This document shows positions 29,195 through 37,622 of a stretch of DNA of 41,870 nucleotides, in pieces; the stretch's first letter is position 1; every line of letters begins with the position of its first letter. The stretch lies in the NCBI GenBank assembly GCA_044450345.1, contig JBIOIY010000023.1, positions 1 through 41,870 of the forward strand. Reading direction: 5' to 3'. Origin of the DNA: Thermodesulfovibrionales bacterium. GTDB taxonomy: Bacteria; Nitrospirota; Thermodesulfovibrionia; Thermodesulfovibrionales; UBA6898. The position numbers and the translations under genes were made by a program. The notes below the pieces were generated by a model, which saw only the letters and a list, made by a program, of their open reading frames with translations, did not search any database and was not told where the DNA came from.

Positions 29195-29623
29195 TTAGTC
29201 TACTTTCTTCAAATCCATTCCACATTTACATTTGCCAGGTTTGTCGGAGACAGTATTGCACGTGCATGAGCCTCCGCAGTTACAGAAATAAATCCCTGTT
29301 CCCTTGAGGTTGATCCTCTTCACAGACTTGCCACACCCGCATTTCGTTGGGTCTTTTGCATCAAGGCTGCATTTACATCCCTCGTCACAAGTACAAACTA
29401 AAGCCTCGTTCCCCTCAATCTTCAGGACATGACCCCATTTCATCGGCTTGTCACACTTGCAATTTCCTGGATGGGTGCTTACAGAATTGCAGTTACACTC
29501 TGGACCACAATTACAGTAATAGAGAACATCTTGTCTTGGTTCATCCGCCTTTGCTGTAACCATAATTGAACTAATCAGAAAGACTGAAAAAGCAATAAAA
29601 AGCAAAATCCGAACGTTTCTCAT
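29195..29623 (-). CDS. Exported cysteine-rich (18 Cys) putative metal-binding protein
   Basis: AAAGGAGG RBS before ATG 29623, a signal peptide ending in AKA, and three CxC-x3-CxC-x9-CxC units. Confidence 0.8.
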   Translation of the reverse strand: MRNVRILLFIAFSVFLISSIMVTAKADEPRQDVLYYCNCGPECNCNSVSTHPGNCKCDKPMKWGHVLKIEGNEALVCTCDEGCKCSLDAKDPTKCGCGKSVKRINLKGTGIYFCNCGGSCTCNTVSDKPGKCKCGMDLKKVD

Positions 29624-30133
29624 TTTTTCTTCCTCCTTTCCATTCATTTTGACTTGCTGTTACACTTATAGCATATACATTGATTACCAGCAACAGATTT
29701 CATCCCTGCCCCCACCCATAAATCCCCTGTAAAACAAGTCCGTAACCTTCCAAGACCCTTTCTGGACCCTATGGAATGCTGACGTGCCTGTCCCGTATGA
29801 GAATTACCCCGGAGCGATTTGGGTTTTTGCCCTTTTTCGGTGGTTTATTGATATCCGATATCTTATCGACAAAAGTATTCCCCTTTTACCCTATGGAATG
29901 TTGTAAGCAAATCAAAACCTATGAGAACTTTTCTCCATCTTTTCTGAATGCCTGAATTCAGGAAGTGTGTCAATAATATGAGAAAAAAAGTTACAGACAG
30001 CACAGATTTTTCTACCCACCAAAAGAATAACGCTGTCCATTCTGGAGATTAACTCAATGTAACCCCTTAATTTCTAGAGTAATTCAACCTGCCTAGCCCT
30101 CTACGAGTTATCTTTGAGCGGAGGCTTGTTCAT

Positions 30134-30149
30134 TGGCATATATTTTGTA
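30134..30149 (+). promoter_or_regulatory. Possible sigma54 (-24/-12) promoter
   Basis: TGGCAT-ATATT-TTGTA against the consensus TGGCAC-N5-TTGCW, about 30 nt upstream of a small ORF. Confidence 0.4.
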
Positions 30150-30176
30150 GTAGATATTTCCGAGGTAAATAACGGT

Positions 30177-30317
30177 ATGGACATGGCAAACATGAGAATG
30201 CTGGTTTCTATCCTGAAGGAGTCGCAACTGTATATGACCATGACCCATGAGGAAAAGATCGCTCTTTTGTTTAAATTGTTAAAGGAGTACCCGTTTCTCG
30301 GCAAGTCGCAAAATTAG
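30177..30317 (+). CDS. Small hypothetical protein (46 aa)
   Basis: GAGGT RBS. MDMANMRMLVSILKESQLYMTMTHEEKIALLFKLLKEYPFLGKSQN looks like an amphipathic helical protein. Confidence 0.55.
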   Translation: MDMANMRMLVSILKESQLYMTMTHEEKIALLFKLLKEYPFLGKSQN

Positions 30318-30431
30318 CCCGCAGTAGCTACCCCTCTCACCAGGTATGTCACAGAATGATTTCTTGAGCAAATTGAAAATATAATCCTCAATTTCTTAGC
30401 TCCAGGGCAACAAGATAAAGTAAAATTCAAT

Positions 30432-30992
30432 ATGATTACGTTCAGGCAAGCAGATCCTTCAGACTTGCCCAAAATCCTGGCGTTACAGAAAGATAACCTG
30501 TTGAGAAATCTTGAACCCCAAGACCAACAAGATGGATTCCTTTCAATTGAGTACCCCCATGATCAGCTTGACAGCCTCAACAATCAGCTGGGGATATTTA
30601 TTGCGATAGATAATGACCGCCTATCTGGATACCTCATAGCCCAGTCTATGGATTTTGCCCTTCAGTCTCCGCTTATTAACACTATGGTCAAGAGATTTCC
30701 TGATGTTCCATACCGATCCCGCCCATTATCAGAATTTAAAACCTTTATCTATGGACCTGTCTGCATTGACAGGCAATCAAGGGGACAAGGCATATTGGAA
30801 GGACTATTCAACGTCATGCTCAGGACGGTGCAGCAATATGATTTGGGTGTTGCCTTTGTGTCTGAACGGAATCCCCGATCCCTCTATGCCCATCAGGTTA
30901 AACTGGGGATGCAGGTTGTAGATGAATTTGAGTTCGATGGGCAGAAGTATTGTACCCTTGTGTTTGGGGTAGAAAGAAACGCCAACAAATGA
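30432..30992 (+). CDS. GNAT-fold acetyltransferase-like protein
   Basis: FRQA...D...I..LQ, GPVCID...RGQG acetyl-CoA loop, and N.RS..AH..KLGM. Confidence 0.8.
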   Translation: MITFRQADPSDLPKILALQKDNLLRNLEPQDQQDGFLSIEYPHDQLDSLNNQLGIFIAIDNDRLSGYLIAQSMDFALQSPLINTMVKRFPDVPYRSRPLSEFKTFIYGPVCIDRQSRGQGILEGLFNVMLRTVQQYDLGVAFVSERNPRSLYAHQVKLGMQVVDEFEFDGQKYCTLVFGVERNANK

Positions 30993-31181
30993 CCCTAATC
31001 CACTGCACTCAGAAACTCCTCAAGGCGGAAACCCTCCCCCTCGGACTTATTCTGGTCAGTTGGAGATAACGTTGGAAGGGCATGGAAGGATGGAGCTAAG
31101 TACAGAGAGCAGTTAAATCAGAAGAAGTCCGAATAGATTCAGATATGGCAGATTGCCACATAATAAAAAGGAGACATCAAG

Positions 31182-31319
31182 ATGAAATATTTGATTGTTT
31201 ATGCACATCCGAATCCTGCAAGTTTCAACAACGCTATTTTGGCAACAATCTCGGAGGAATTAAAGAAAAGCAATAAGAATTTTGAAGTAAGAGACCTGTA
31301 TAAACTTCACTTCAACCCC
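31182..31319 (+). pseudogene. Truncated NAD(P)H dehydrogenase (flavodoxin-2 family), 5' fragment
   Basis: AAGGAG RBS. MKYLIVYAHPNPASFN...VRDLY..FNP matches the family N-terminus, then similarity stops after about 46 codons; the family is about 190 aa long. Confidence 0.8.
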
Positions 31320-31433
31320 AGCAGCCTCACGAAAGAAAACAAAACCCTGATTCCCTGCTCCTCCAATTCCTGTCACTTCACGCTTTCTGCAAATCTAGCC
31401 CCCATTGCAAAGGCTCGCATATCGTAAATAAAT

Positions 31434-31601
31434 CTATAACCAATTAGCTACTGTATAGCCAGCCCAAATACCGATAAAACCTCCAAGAGCGCCAAAGAAC
31501 AAAGAAGACATGGAAAACGCACTATCACCCCAAATTAGAGGAATATAACTGCCAGCGAATGACCCTACAACCATACCTACCATGATAAATTTTTTTGTCA
31601 C
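31434..31601 (-). CDS. Small glycine-rich membrane protein (55 aa)
   Basis: GTG start 6 nt after TATAAT. Two hydrophobic helices with GxxxG motifs (GM.VGS..GSYIPL.WG, GALGGFIGIW.GY). Confidence 0.7.
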   Translation of the reverse strand: MTKKFIMVGMVVGSFAGSYIPLIWGDSAFSMSSLFFGALGGFIGIWAGYTVANWL

Positions 31602-31748
31602 AATTATATTATACGTCCAGATAAGAAATATCAGATTAATTAAAAACGGATAAAGAATCTTGCTGACGTCTTTAACTACTATCAGGAAAAGCAACACATT
31701 AGAAGTCCATTAGAAGTATTGCGTTAAACCCTTACCAATAGGCATTCT

Positions 31749-32591
31749 TCAAGGCGTATTAGCCTTGTAATACATGAGTTGTCGGGCGTGGGGGGAAACG
31801 AAATCCACCAACTCTCCCTGTTGCTCGCCGGACATGGCTTTGAAGGATGCGGCAAACCTTACATTCTCGTTAAGCTGCCGAAGGTCGTCGCAACCAATGA
31901 CCGCAGTGGTTATTTGTTGTGAGAGGGCATACCGGTAAAAAGGCTCAAGGGACGTGACTCCGGGCAACCTCGTTGCAAGGCCCCTGAAATAGACCTTCAT
32001 GCCGATGATACCCATTCCTTTTTCTTTGGCAACCGGTATCACTTCGCCTATGAAATTCTTGTACCCGGGCTCCGCGGGATTCACCGGAATGAGTACGGTA
32101 TCGAATTGAAACATCTCGATGCATCCGAGGAGAATGCCCGGGTCGTGGTGGCCTGTGACACCCAGGAACCTCACAAGGCCTTTCTCCCTTGCCTCCTGAA
32201 ACGCCTCCAAAGCCCCCTCCGGACCGAATATCTCATCCACGTCCTCTTTAGTCCTCACATCGTGGACTTGCCAGAGGTCCAGATGGTCGGTCTTCATGTT
32301 CTTAAGCGTCTCGCCGAGGTGTTGAAGGGCCCCTTTTTTGTTCCTTGCGTGTGACTTGCTTGCAAGGAAGATCTCTTTTCTCCTCTCCCTGAGCGCCTTC
32401 CCGTAGTAGGACTCGCTTCCTGAATACGCCCTGGCCGATTCGAAGTAGGCAATGCCCAGGTCTATTGCCTTGTTGATCAGGTCATACGCCTCCCTCTCGT
32501 ATCCGGTAGTCCTCAGTATGCCTTCACCCCCAAGGCCAAGAATGGTGACATCGGTGCCTGTTTTGCCAAGCCTTCTTTTCGGAATGCCCAT
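31749..32591 (-). CDS. Aldo/keto reductase
   Basis: RRLGKTG, ESARAY, SK, DHLDLWQVH, GVTGH and IGMK motifs. Confidence 0.92.
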   Translation of the reverse strand: MGIPKRRLGKTGTDVTILGLGGEGILRTTGYEREAYDLINKAIDLGIAYFESARAYSGSESYYGKALRERRKEIFLASKSHARNKKGALQHLGETLKNMKTDHLDLWQVHDVRTKEDVDEIFGPEGALEAFQEAREKGLVRFLGVTGHHDPGILLGCIEMFQFDTVLIPVNPAEPGYKNFIGEVIPVAKEKGMGIIGMKVYFRGLATRLPGVTSLEPFYRYALSQQITTAVIGCDDLRQLNENVRFAASFKAMSGEQQGELVDFVSPHARQLMYYKANTP

Positions 32592-32644
32592 AGAAAAATT
32601 ATAGCAAAAAATAGAGGAGAGTACTTTCGACCCAATGCCCGGAT

Positions 32645-33358
32645 TTATCCAGCGCTTTCACGTTTTCTTATTACATAAATCCCGTCGCGGATGGTAAGGA
32701 ACAACTTCTCGGCCCGGTCGTCTCCCTTCACCAATTCGTTGAAGTCTGCCATTGCGCGACTTTCGTCGTCCTTCGGACCGAAGATCCTCCCGTACCAAAG
32801 GGCATTGTCGGCAAGTATCAATCCGCCATTTCGTAAAATCCGCATCGCTTCCCTGTAATATGCGCTGTAATTTTGTTTGTCGGCGTCGATGAAGACAAGG
32901 TCGGTCTTTGCATCCGGCAGGGTTTTAAGTATTTCAAGGGCGTCGCCCTTGCGCAGGGTGATCTTAAAGCCGCTGGGACTCCGGTCGAAAAAATCCTGAG
33001 CGAGCCTCGCGTGATCGGGATTATTCTCTATGGTAAGTATTTTGCCCCCATCAGGCAGGACCTCTGCCATGGCCAGGGCCGAGTACCCGGTGAAGGTACC
33101 GATATCGACGATCTGCTGCGCGCCGGACAGTTGAGCCGCCAGTTGCAGGAACCGGCCCTCGACCCGACCGGTGAGCATGCTGGGATAGGATGTCTTTGTC
33201 AGGGTAAAGTACTCGATCTCTTCCAAGAGTGCCGACAGCGGTGTTGTATGGTCCGATGCATACTCCTCCGCCTCCTTGGCCACCATATCCATAAAGGAGT
33301 ATATGCCGCCTGCGTTGCCGCCTTGCCTGTCAGGACCTTGATGATGATTTCGGTTCAT
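32645..33358 (-). CDS. Class I SAM-dependent O-methyltransferase (CCoAOMT-like)
   Basis: DIGTFTGYSAL, FIDADK and ADNALW motifs. The true start may be a downstream Met. Confidence 0.92.
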   Translation of the reverse strand: MNRNHHQGPDRQGGNAGGIYSFMDMVAKEAEEYASDHTTPLSALLEEIEYFTLTKTSYPSMLTGRVEGRFLQLAAQLSGAQQIVDIGTFTGYSALAMAEVLPDGGKILTIENNPDHARLAQDFFDRSPSGFKITLRKGDALEILKTLPDAKTDLVFIDADKQNYSAYYREAMRILRNGGLILADNALWYGRIFGPKDDESRAMADFNELVKGDDRAEKLFLTIRDGIYVIRKRESAG

Positions 33359-33371
33359 ACGATGCTATACG

Positions 33372-33833
33372 CTACTCTTTTACCTCGAAGATAAAGGAGA
33401 TCTCAACAGGCGAATTTAGCGGCAGGATATTTACGCCGACCGCCGTCCTTGTATGCAGGCCGTCCTCGCCCAGGACCTCGAACATGAAATTCGACGCGCC
33501 ATTTAAGACCTTCGGCTGGTCAGTAAAATCCTGAGCGGACGAGACAAACCCCTCGATCCTGACGCAACGCTTTACCTTATCGAGACTTTCGATAGCCGAC
33601 TTCAAGACCGCCAGAGCGTTTATCGCGGCCGTCTTTGCGGCTTCGGCCGCCTCCTCCAGCGTAACGGATTCCCCGACCCTTCCTGTCTTTGTGAGTTTCT
33701 CATCTTTCAAAGGAAGCATCCCGCTCAAATACACGAGGTTGCCCGTTTTCACAAATGGGACATACGCGCCCAAGGGCTTGGGGGCAGCGGGCAATTCAAT
33801 ACCAAGAGACTTCAGTTTTTCTTCCGGTGTCAT
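33372..33833 (-). CDS. RidA/YjgF family protein
   Basis: YVP, SGMLP, NGAS, HTRTAVG and LPLN.PVEI motifs. Confidence 0.92.
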   Translation of the reverse strand: MTPEEKLKSLGIELPAAPKPLGAYVPFVKTGNLVYLSGMLPLKDEKLTKTGRVGESVTLEEAAEAAKTAAINALAVLKSAIESLDKVKRCVRIEGFVSSAQDFTDQPKVLNGASNFMFEVLGEDGLHTRTAVGVNILPLNSPVEISFIFEVKE

Positions 33834-33888
33834 AAAGTTTCCTCCCTGATCCTGGATAAATGCGTGCCTATCTGCTTCCTCTATAGGT

Positions 33889-33991
33889 TAATGTCCTATG
33901 CGATTTCCTCTTAATCTGTCACTCCCGCTTGTCGGGAGTCCTTCTGAAGAAAGATTCCGGGCAAGCCGGAATGACAAAAAATAGGACATTA
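33889..33991. repeat. REP-like double hairpin (33917-33976) enclosed by 11-bp inverted repeats
   Basis: TGTCACTCCCGCTTGTCGGGAGTCC...GATTCCGGGCAAGCCGGAATGACA, flanked by TAATGTCCTAT (33889) and ATAGGACATTA (33981). Confidence 0.8.
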
Positions 33992-34005
33992 TTTTGCATC
34001 TTTCA

Positions 34006-34530
34006 TTAATATTTCGAATCCGCAAAGTCTACCCAGCCGCCGGCATTGACAAGGGCCTTGTCAAATCCGGAGATCGGATAGCGAAAGGTGTCTTTCCCCT
34101 TTCCGGATTCTATCGTCAGCGAATCATTCTCAAAGTCGATACCGACTTTCGCGTCACCGCCCTTATGCCTGAACATCTTTTCTATGACATCTTCGGGCAG
34201 TTCAATCGCAAGCATGCCGCAGTTGAACATGTTCTGTCTGAATATGCGGGCAAAGCCCGATGCGATCACCACGTTGATATCGTTCACCTCAAAGACCCAG
34301 GGGGCGTGCTCGCGTGAAGAGCCGCACCCGAAGTTCGCCCTCGTCACGATGACCTTCGATGTTTCGACATCCGCTGACTGTGGATCGAACCCATCGAGTT
34401 TCAGGTCTTCGAGCATGTGGGACTTCAACGCTTCCTTCGATATCTCGGTGAGATACTTTGCCGGTATTATCTCATCCGTATTGATGTCGGCCCTGTCGAG
34501 GAAAAGGACCTTGCCTCCGAATCTCTTCAC
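34006..34530 (-). CDS. leuD: 3-isopropylmalate dehydratase small subunit
   Basis: DINTDEIIPA, NFGCGSSREHA and FARIF..N motifs. Overlaps the leuC stop. Confidence 0.92.
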   Translation of the reverse strand: MKRFGGKVLFLDRADINTDEIIPAKYLTEISKEALKSHMLEDLKLDGFDPQSADVETSKVIVTRANFGCGSSREHAPWVFEVNDINVVIASGFARIFRQNMFNCGMLAIELPEDVIEKMFRHKGGDAKVGIDFENDSLTIESGKGKDTFRYPISGFDKALVNAGGWVDFADSKY

Positions 34531-35825
34531 TTCGCACCCCCTTTCCCGTGTTTCCTCGGGTCTGCTATTTTGCCCTCAATCGCAGTCACAGCCGCCATCG
34601 CGGGACTCATCAGATGCACCATGCCGCCCTTCCCCATCCTGCCGTTGAAATTGCGGTTCGTAGTCGATGCGCATACCTCGCCCGGCGCGAGCACGCCGTT
34701 TGACATCCCGAGACATGCACCGCAGGTAGGGTTCGTCACGCAGAAACCCGCATCCATGAATATCTTAATAATCCCTTCCTCGTCCGCCTGCCGGAAGACC
34801 TTCGGAGTCGCCGGCGAGATTATGCCCCTTACTGTCGGTGAGACCGTTCTTCCTTCCAGATAGCCGGCGGCAACTCTCAAGTCCTCAATCCTTCCATTGG
34901 TGCATGAGCCTATGTACACCTGGTCAACCGGCGTACCTTCCATCTCGGAGACGTTCTTCACTTCGTCCGGTTTATACCCGTGGGTGACCTGCGGCTCAAG
35001 ATCAGAAACGTCGATAGTAACGATCTTTACATAGTCGCAGCCTTCATCGGACCACCACTTTTTGAAATCCTCAAGCGCCGACTTCCTGTCACCGTATTCG
35101 GAGGAGATAAAGGGCCAGAGATAATCGACGGTCACCCCGTCGGGCATGCATATACCAGAGGTACCGCCCGCCTCTATAGCCATATTGCAAAGGGTCATCC
35201 TGGATTCCATCGACATCCTATCCACAACCTCGCCGCAAAACTCAATGACACAGTCCGTGGCCCCTTTTACCGTAAGTTCCCTGATAACCCTAAGGATAAC
35301 GTCCTTTGCATATACGCCTTCCGGCATCTTGCCGTTTACATTTACACGGATAGTCCTGGGCTCCCTGAATGCACATACTCCCTTAAGTATGCCGACCTCG
35401 AGGTCCGTAGTGCCGACGCCGGCGGCAAATGCGCCGAAGGCCCCGTGCGTACATGTGTGGGAGTCACCCATAATTACCGTATTGCCCGGCCTGATGAAGC
35501 CGTGCTCGGGGAATATGGCATGACAGACACCGTTCCTGCCTATATCAAAGAAATCCCTGATACCCTGCCTCCTGACCCAGTCCCTCAGGATCTTCCCCTG
35601 AGTCGCTGTTTTTGTGTCCTTTGCAGGGGTAACGTGGTCGATCACGACCTTAATCTTGCCGGCATCAAAAACCCTGTCCTTGCCCCTGGCCACGAGATCG
35701 TGTATCGCGATGGGCGTGGTTATCTCGTGGCACATCACCACATCTATGCCGAGCACCTTTGTGCCCGGGAACGGCTCGTCCCTCAAGTGCGATTTAAATA
35801 CCTTTTCCGCCAATGTCATTGCCAT
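34527..35825 (-). CDS. leuC: 3-isopropylmalate dehydratase large subunit (short, type-2-like)
   Basis: DH, GVCH, DSHTCTHGA, GSCTNGR, CGACLG and STTNRNF.GRMG motifs. Confidence 0.92.
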   Translation of the reverse strand: MAMTLAEKVFKSHLRDEPFPGTKVLGIDVVMCHEITTPIAIHDLVARGKDRVFDAGKIKVVIDHVTPAKDTKTATQGKILRDWVRRQGIRDFFDIGRNGVCHAIFPEHGFIRPGNTVIMGDSHTCTHGAFGAFAAGVGTTDLEVGILKGVCAFREPRTIRVNVNGKMPEGVYAKDVILRVIRELTVKGATDCVIEFCGEVVDRMSMESRMTLCNMAIEAGGTSGICMPDGVTVDYLWPFISSEYGDRKSALEDFKKWWSDEGCDYVKIVTIDVSDLEPQVTHGYKPDEVKNVSEMEGTPVDQVYIGSCTNGRIEDLRVAAGYLEGRTVSPTVRGIISPATPKVFRQADEEGIIKIFMDAGFCVTNPTCGACLGMSNGVLAPGEVCASTTNRNFNGRMGKGGMVHLMSPAMAAVTAIEGKIADPRKHGKGGAK

Positions 35826-35909
35826 ATTAACACCTCACAATAACTAATTTTAACACTAACATTTCTTCCCGTCACAACTTATTTCTTAGTACCTAGGTGT
35901 CCCGATGTC

Positions 35910-35990
35910 GTCATTCCCGCTTGCCGGGAATCTTTCTGCAAAGAAGGATGCCGGACCTGCTTACCGGACAAGCAGGCAAGCCTGCATGAC
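35910..35990. repeat. REP-like double hairpin with a nested 21-bp palindromic insert
   Basis: GTCATTCCCGCTTGCCGGGAATC...GATGCCGGA[CCTGCTTACCGGACAAGCAGG]CAAGCCTGCATGAC. Confidence 0.8.
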
Positions 35991-36126
35991 AAGCGGAAAC
36001 GACTATATGTTTAGTGTATGAGCAAACTCTGTCCGGGACCTTCTTGACTATCTTATGTATTGAGCTTATCATAATAATTATGCATTATTCAAATTCATTA
36101 TTTTCATCTAATATATAACTTTTGGT

Positions 36127-37005
36127 ATGAATTTTTACCAGCTCGTTTATTTCAGAAAAGTGGCCGAGACGAAGAGTATCAGCCGTGCGGCCGAAGAACT
36201 CTTCATCACCCAGCCGGCGGTAAGCAAACAGGTGCGTGCCCTTGAGGAGGAACTCGGGGAGAGGCTGTTCGACCGTATAGGGAAGAAGGTCTTCCTCACG
36301 AAAACCGGGCAGGTGCTTTCGGTCCATGCAGACAAGATACTGCGGTCGCTGGAAGAGGCAAAGACGGCTGTCCGTGACCTGTCCGAAGAATGTTCAGGGG
36401 AACTCGTCATCGGCACGAGCGACCATATAAGCCTGCACCGCCTTCCCGGCATTCTGAAGTCTTACATCTCTGCGTTTCCGAAGGTGGACCTGAAACTCCG
36501 CTGCCACAGGTCGGAAACGATCCTCCAGATGGTGGGTAAAAACCTCGTTGATATCGGGGTCATCACCCTGCCGAAGGTCTCAGCCAATCTCATCTCCAGG
36601 GTCATATGGAAAGACCCCATGTCCCTTGTTTTTCCCAGAGGCCATCCCCTTACCGGACTAAAAAAGGTCAGGTTGAAAAACATCACCCCTTACGGAATGA
36701 TACTGCCCGAAGCTGGCACAACTACGAGGGAGACTATCGATGCCGCCTTCACAAGAAAGAAGCTCATCCCCAACGTCACGATGGAGGTGGCGTATATCGA
36801 GACGATCAAGGGTCTCGTGAAAGTAGGACTGGGCATATCGATCCTCCCGGATAAGGCGGTTGAGCAGGAACTACAGTCGGGCGCACTTGTAAAGGCAAAA
36901 TTACGGGATGCGAATTTCTCGAGGGACCTCGGCGTCGTCTACCTCAAAGACAAATTCCTGTCGCGGCCAGCGGCGGAGTTCCTGAAGTTTCTGGAGAAAA
37001 AGTAG
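36127..37005 (+). CDS. LysR family transcriptional regulator
   Basis: SISRAAEELFITQPAVSKQVRALEEELG..LF.R HTH, followed by a substrate-binding domain. Confidence 0.96.
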   Translation: MNFYQLVYFRKVAETKSISRAAEELFITQPAVSKQVRALEEELGERLFDRIGKKVFLTKTGQVLSVHADKILRSLEEAKTAVRDLSEECSGELVIGTSDHISLHRLPGILKSYISAFPKVDLKLRCHRSETILQMVGKNLVDIGVITLPKVSANLISRVIWKDPMSLVFPRGHPLTGLKKVRLKNITPYGMILPEAGTTTRETIDAAFTRKKLIPNVTMEVAYIETIKGLVKVGLGISILPDKAVEQELQSGALVKAKLRDANFSRDLGVVYLKDKFLSRPAAEFLKFLEKK

Positions 37006-37024
37006 TATGTTTTGAGATGTCAAC

Positions 37025-37063
37025 AAAAACGGCATGGACTCCTTTTCCGTTCATGCCGTTTAA
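37025..37063. terminator. Bidirectional terminator between convergent genes
   Basis: AAACGGCATG ... CATGCCGTTT stem with A and T tracts on either side. Confidence 0.7.
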
Positions 37064-37084
37064 TCCCCGTCGTCCGGCCCCTGG

Positions 37085-37258
37085 CTATGCGTCATGGACC
37101 TTCGTACGCCATGATTCAAGATAATCTTTAGTGACCTTCTTAATATTATGGTCTTTCTTCGCATGTGCAGCCGCTTTTTTCAGGACCTCGTTTACAGTCT
37201 TGCCGCGGACCTGATAGTCGCAGTTTACGCCGACATCTTTGCAAGATAAGGTTTTCAT
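37085..37258 (-). CDS. DUF1059 family small metal-binding protein (57 aa)
   Basis: Manual translation gives MKTLSCKDVGVNCDYQVRGKTVNEVLKKAAAHAKKDHNIKKVTKDYLESWRTKVHDA, with the C..G..C...H....H motif. RBS AAAGGAGGT. Confidence 0.88.
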   Translation of the reverse strand: MKTLSCKDVGVNCDYQVRGKTVNEVLKKAAAHAKKDHNIKKVTKDYLESWRTKVHDA

Positions 37259-37302
37259 CTGGACCTCCTTTCAGTTACTCCTTCATTGCAGTGAGCGGAC
37301 TT

Positions 37303-37476
37303 TCAGTGCCAGGTGATCTTCTCGATGATCTTTTTTATCACAACTTCGTCATCGAGCAGGGCTTCCTTAAAGTCCCGTTTGTCTGTTTTCCCGATTTCAG
37401 TTCTCAACTCTCCCTCAAAGCTGTTGAGGGCGCGCTTTAATATCTCCTGTTCCTTATCATTCAGTTCGAGTACCAT
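37303..37476 (-). CDS. Small hypothetical protein (57 aa)
   Basis: Manual translation gives MVLELNDKEQEILKRALNSFEGELRTEIGKTDKRDFKEALLDDEVVIKKIIEKITWH. RBS AAAGGAGGT. Confidence 0.8.
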   Translation of the reverse strand: MVLELNDKEQEILKRALNSFEGELRTEIGKTDKRDFKEALLDDEVVIKKIIEKITWH

Positions 37477-37544
37477 GGCTTTACCTCCTTTCCATGGCGA
37501 GCGCTTTTACCCAAAATAAAAGGCCGGGCTCACCGTTTTATTCC

Positions 37545-37622
37545 TTCGGCAGCTCGGCCATCTTATTAAAGACCCGCCGCTTTCCGTCCCCCCCTTGCAG
37601 AGGGTTTGGCTTTGTCGGGACT
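37545..37622 (-). ncRNA. Cyclic di-GMP-I (GEMM-I) riboswitch
   Basis: CGACAAAGCCAAACCCUCU-GCAA-GGGGGGGACGGAAAGCGGCGGGUC...GAUGGCCGAGCUGCCGAA. An extended -10 TGATATAAT lies upstream, and a terminator half-stem AGCCCGGCC plus T tract lies downstream. Confidence 0.92.

Noticed and set aside
29766..29984. CRISPR array
   Set aside because: Only two 16-bp copies with non-CRISPR spacing, and no cas genes in the window.
31320..31427. 81-aa ORF 31182-31427 as a complete gene
   Set aside because: The last 35 codons are unrelated read-through after the truncation point.
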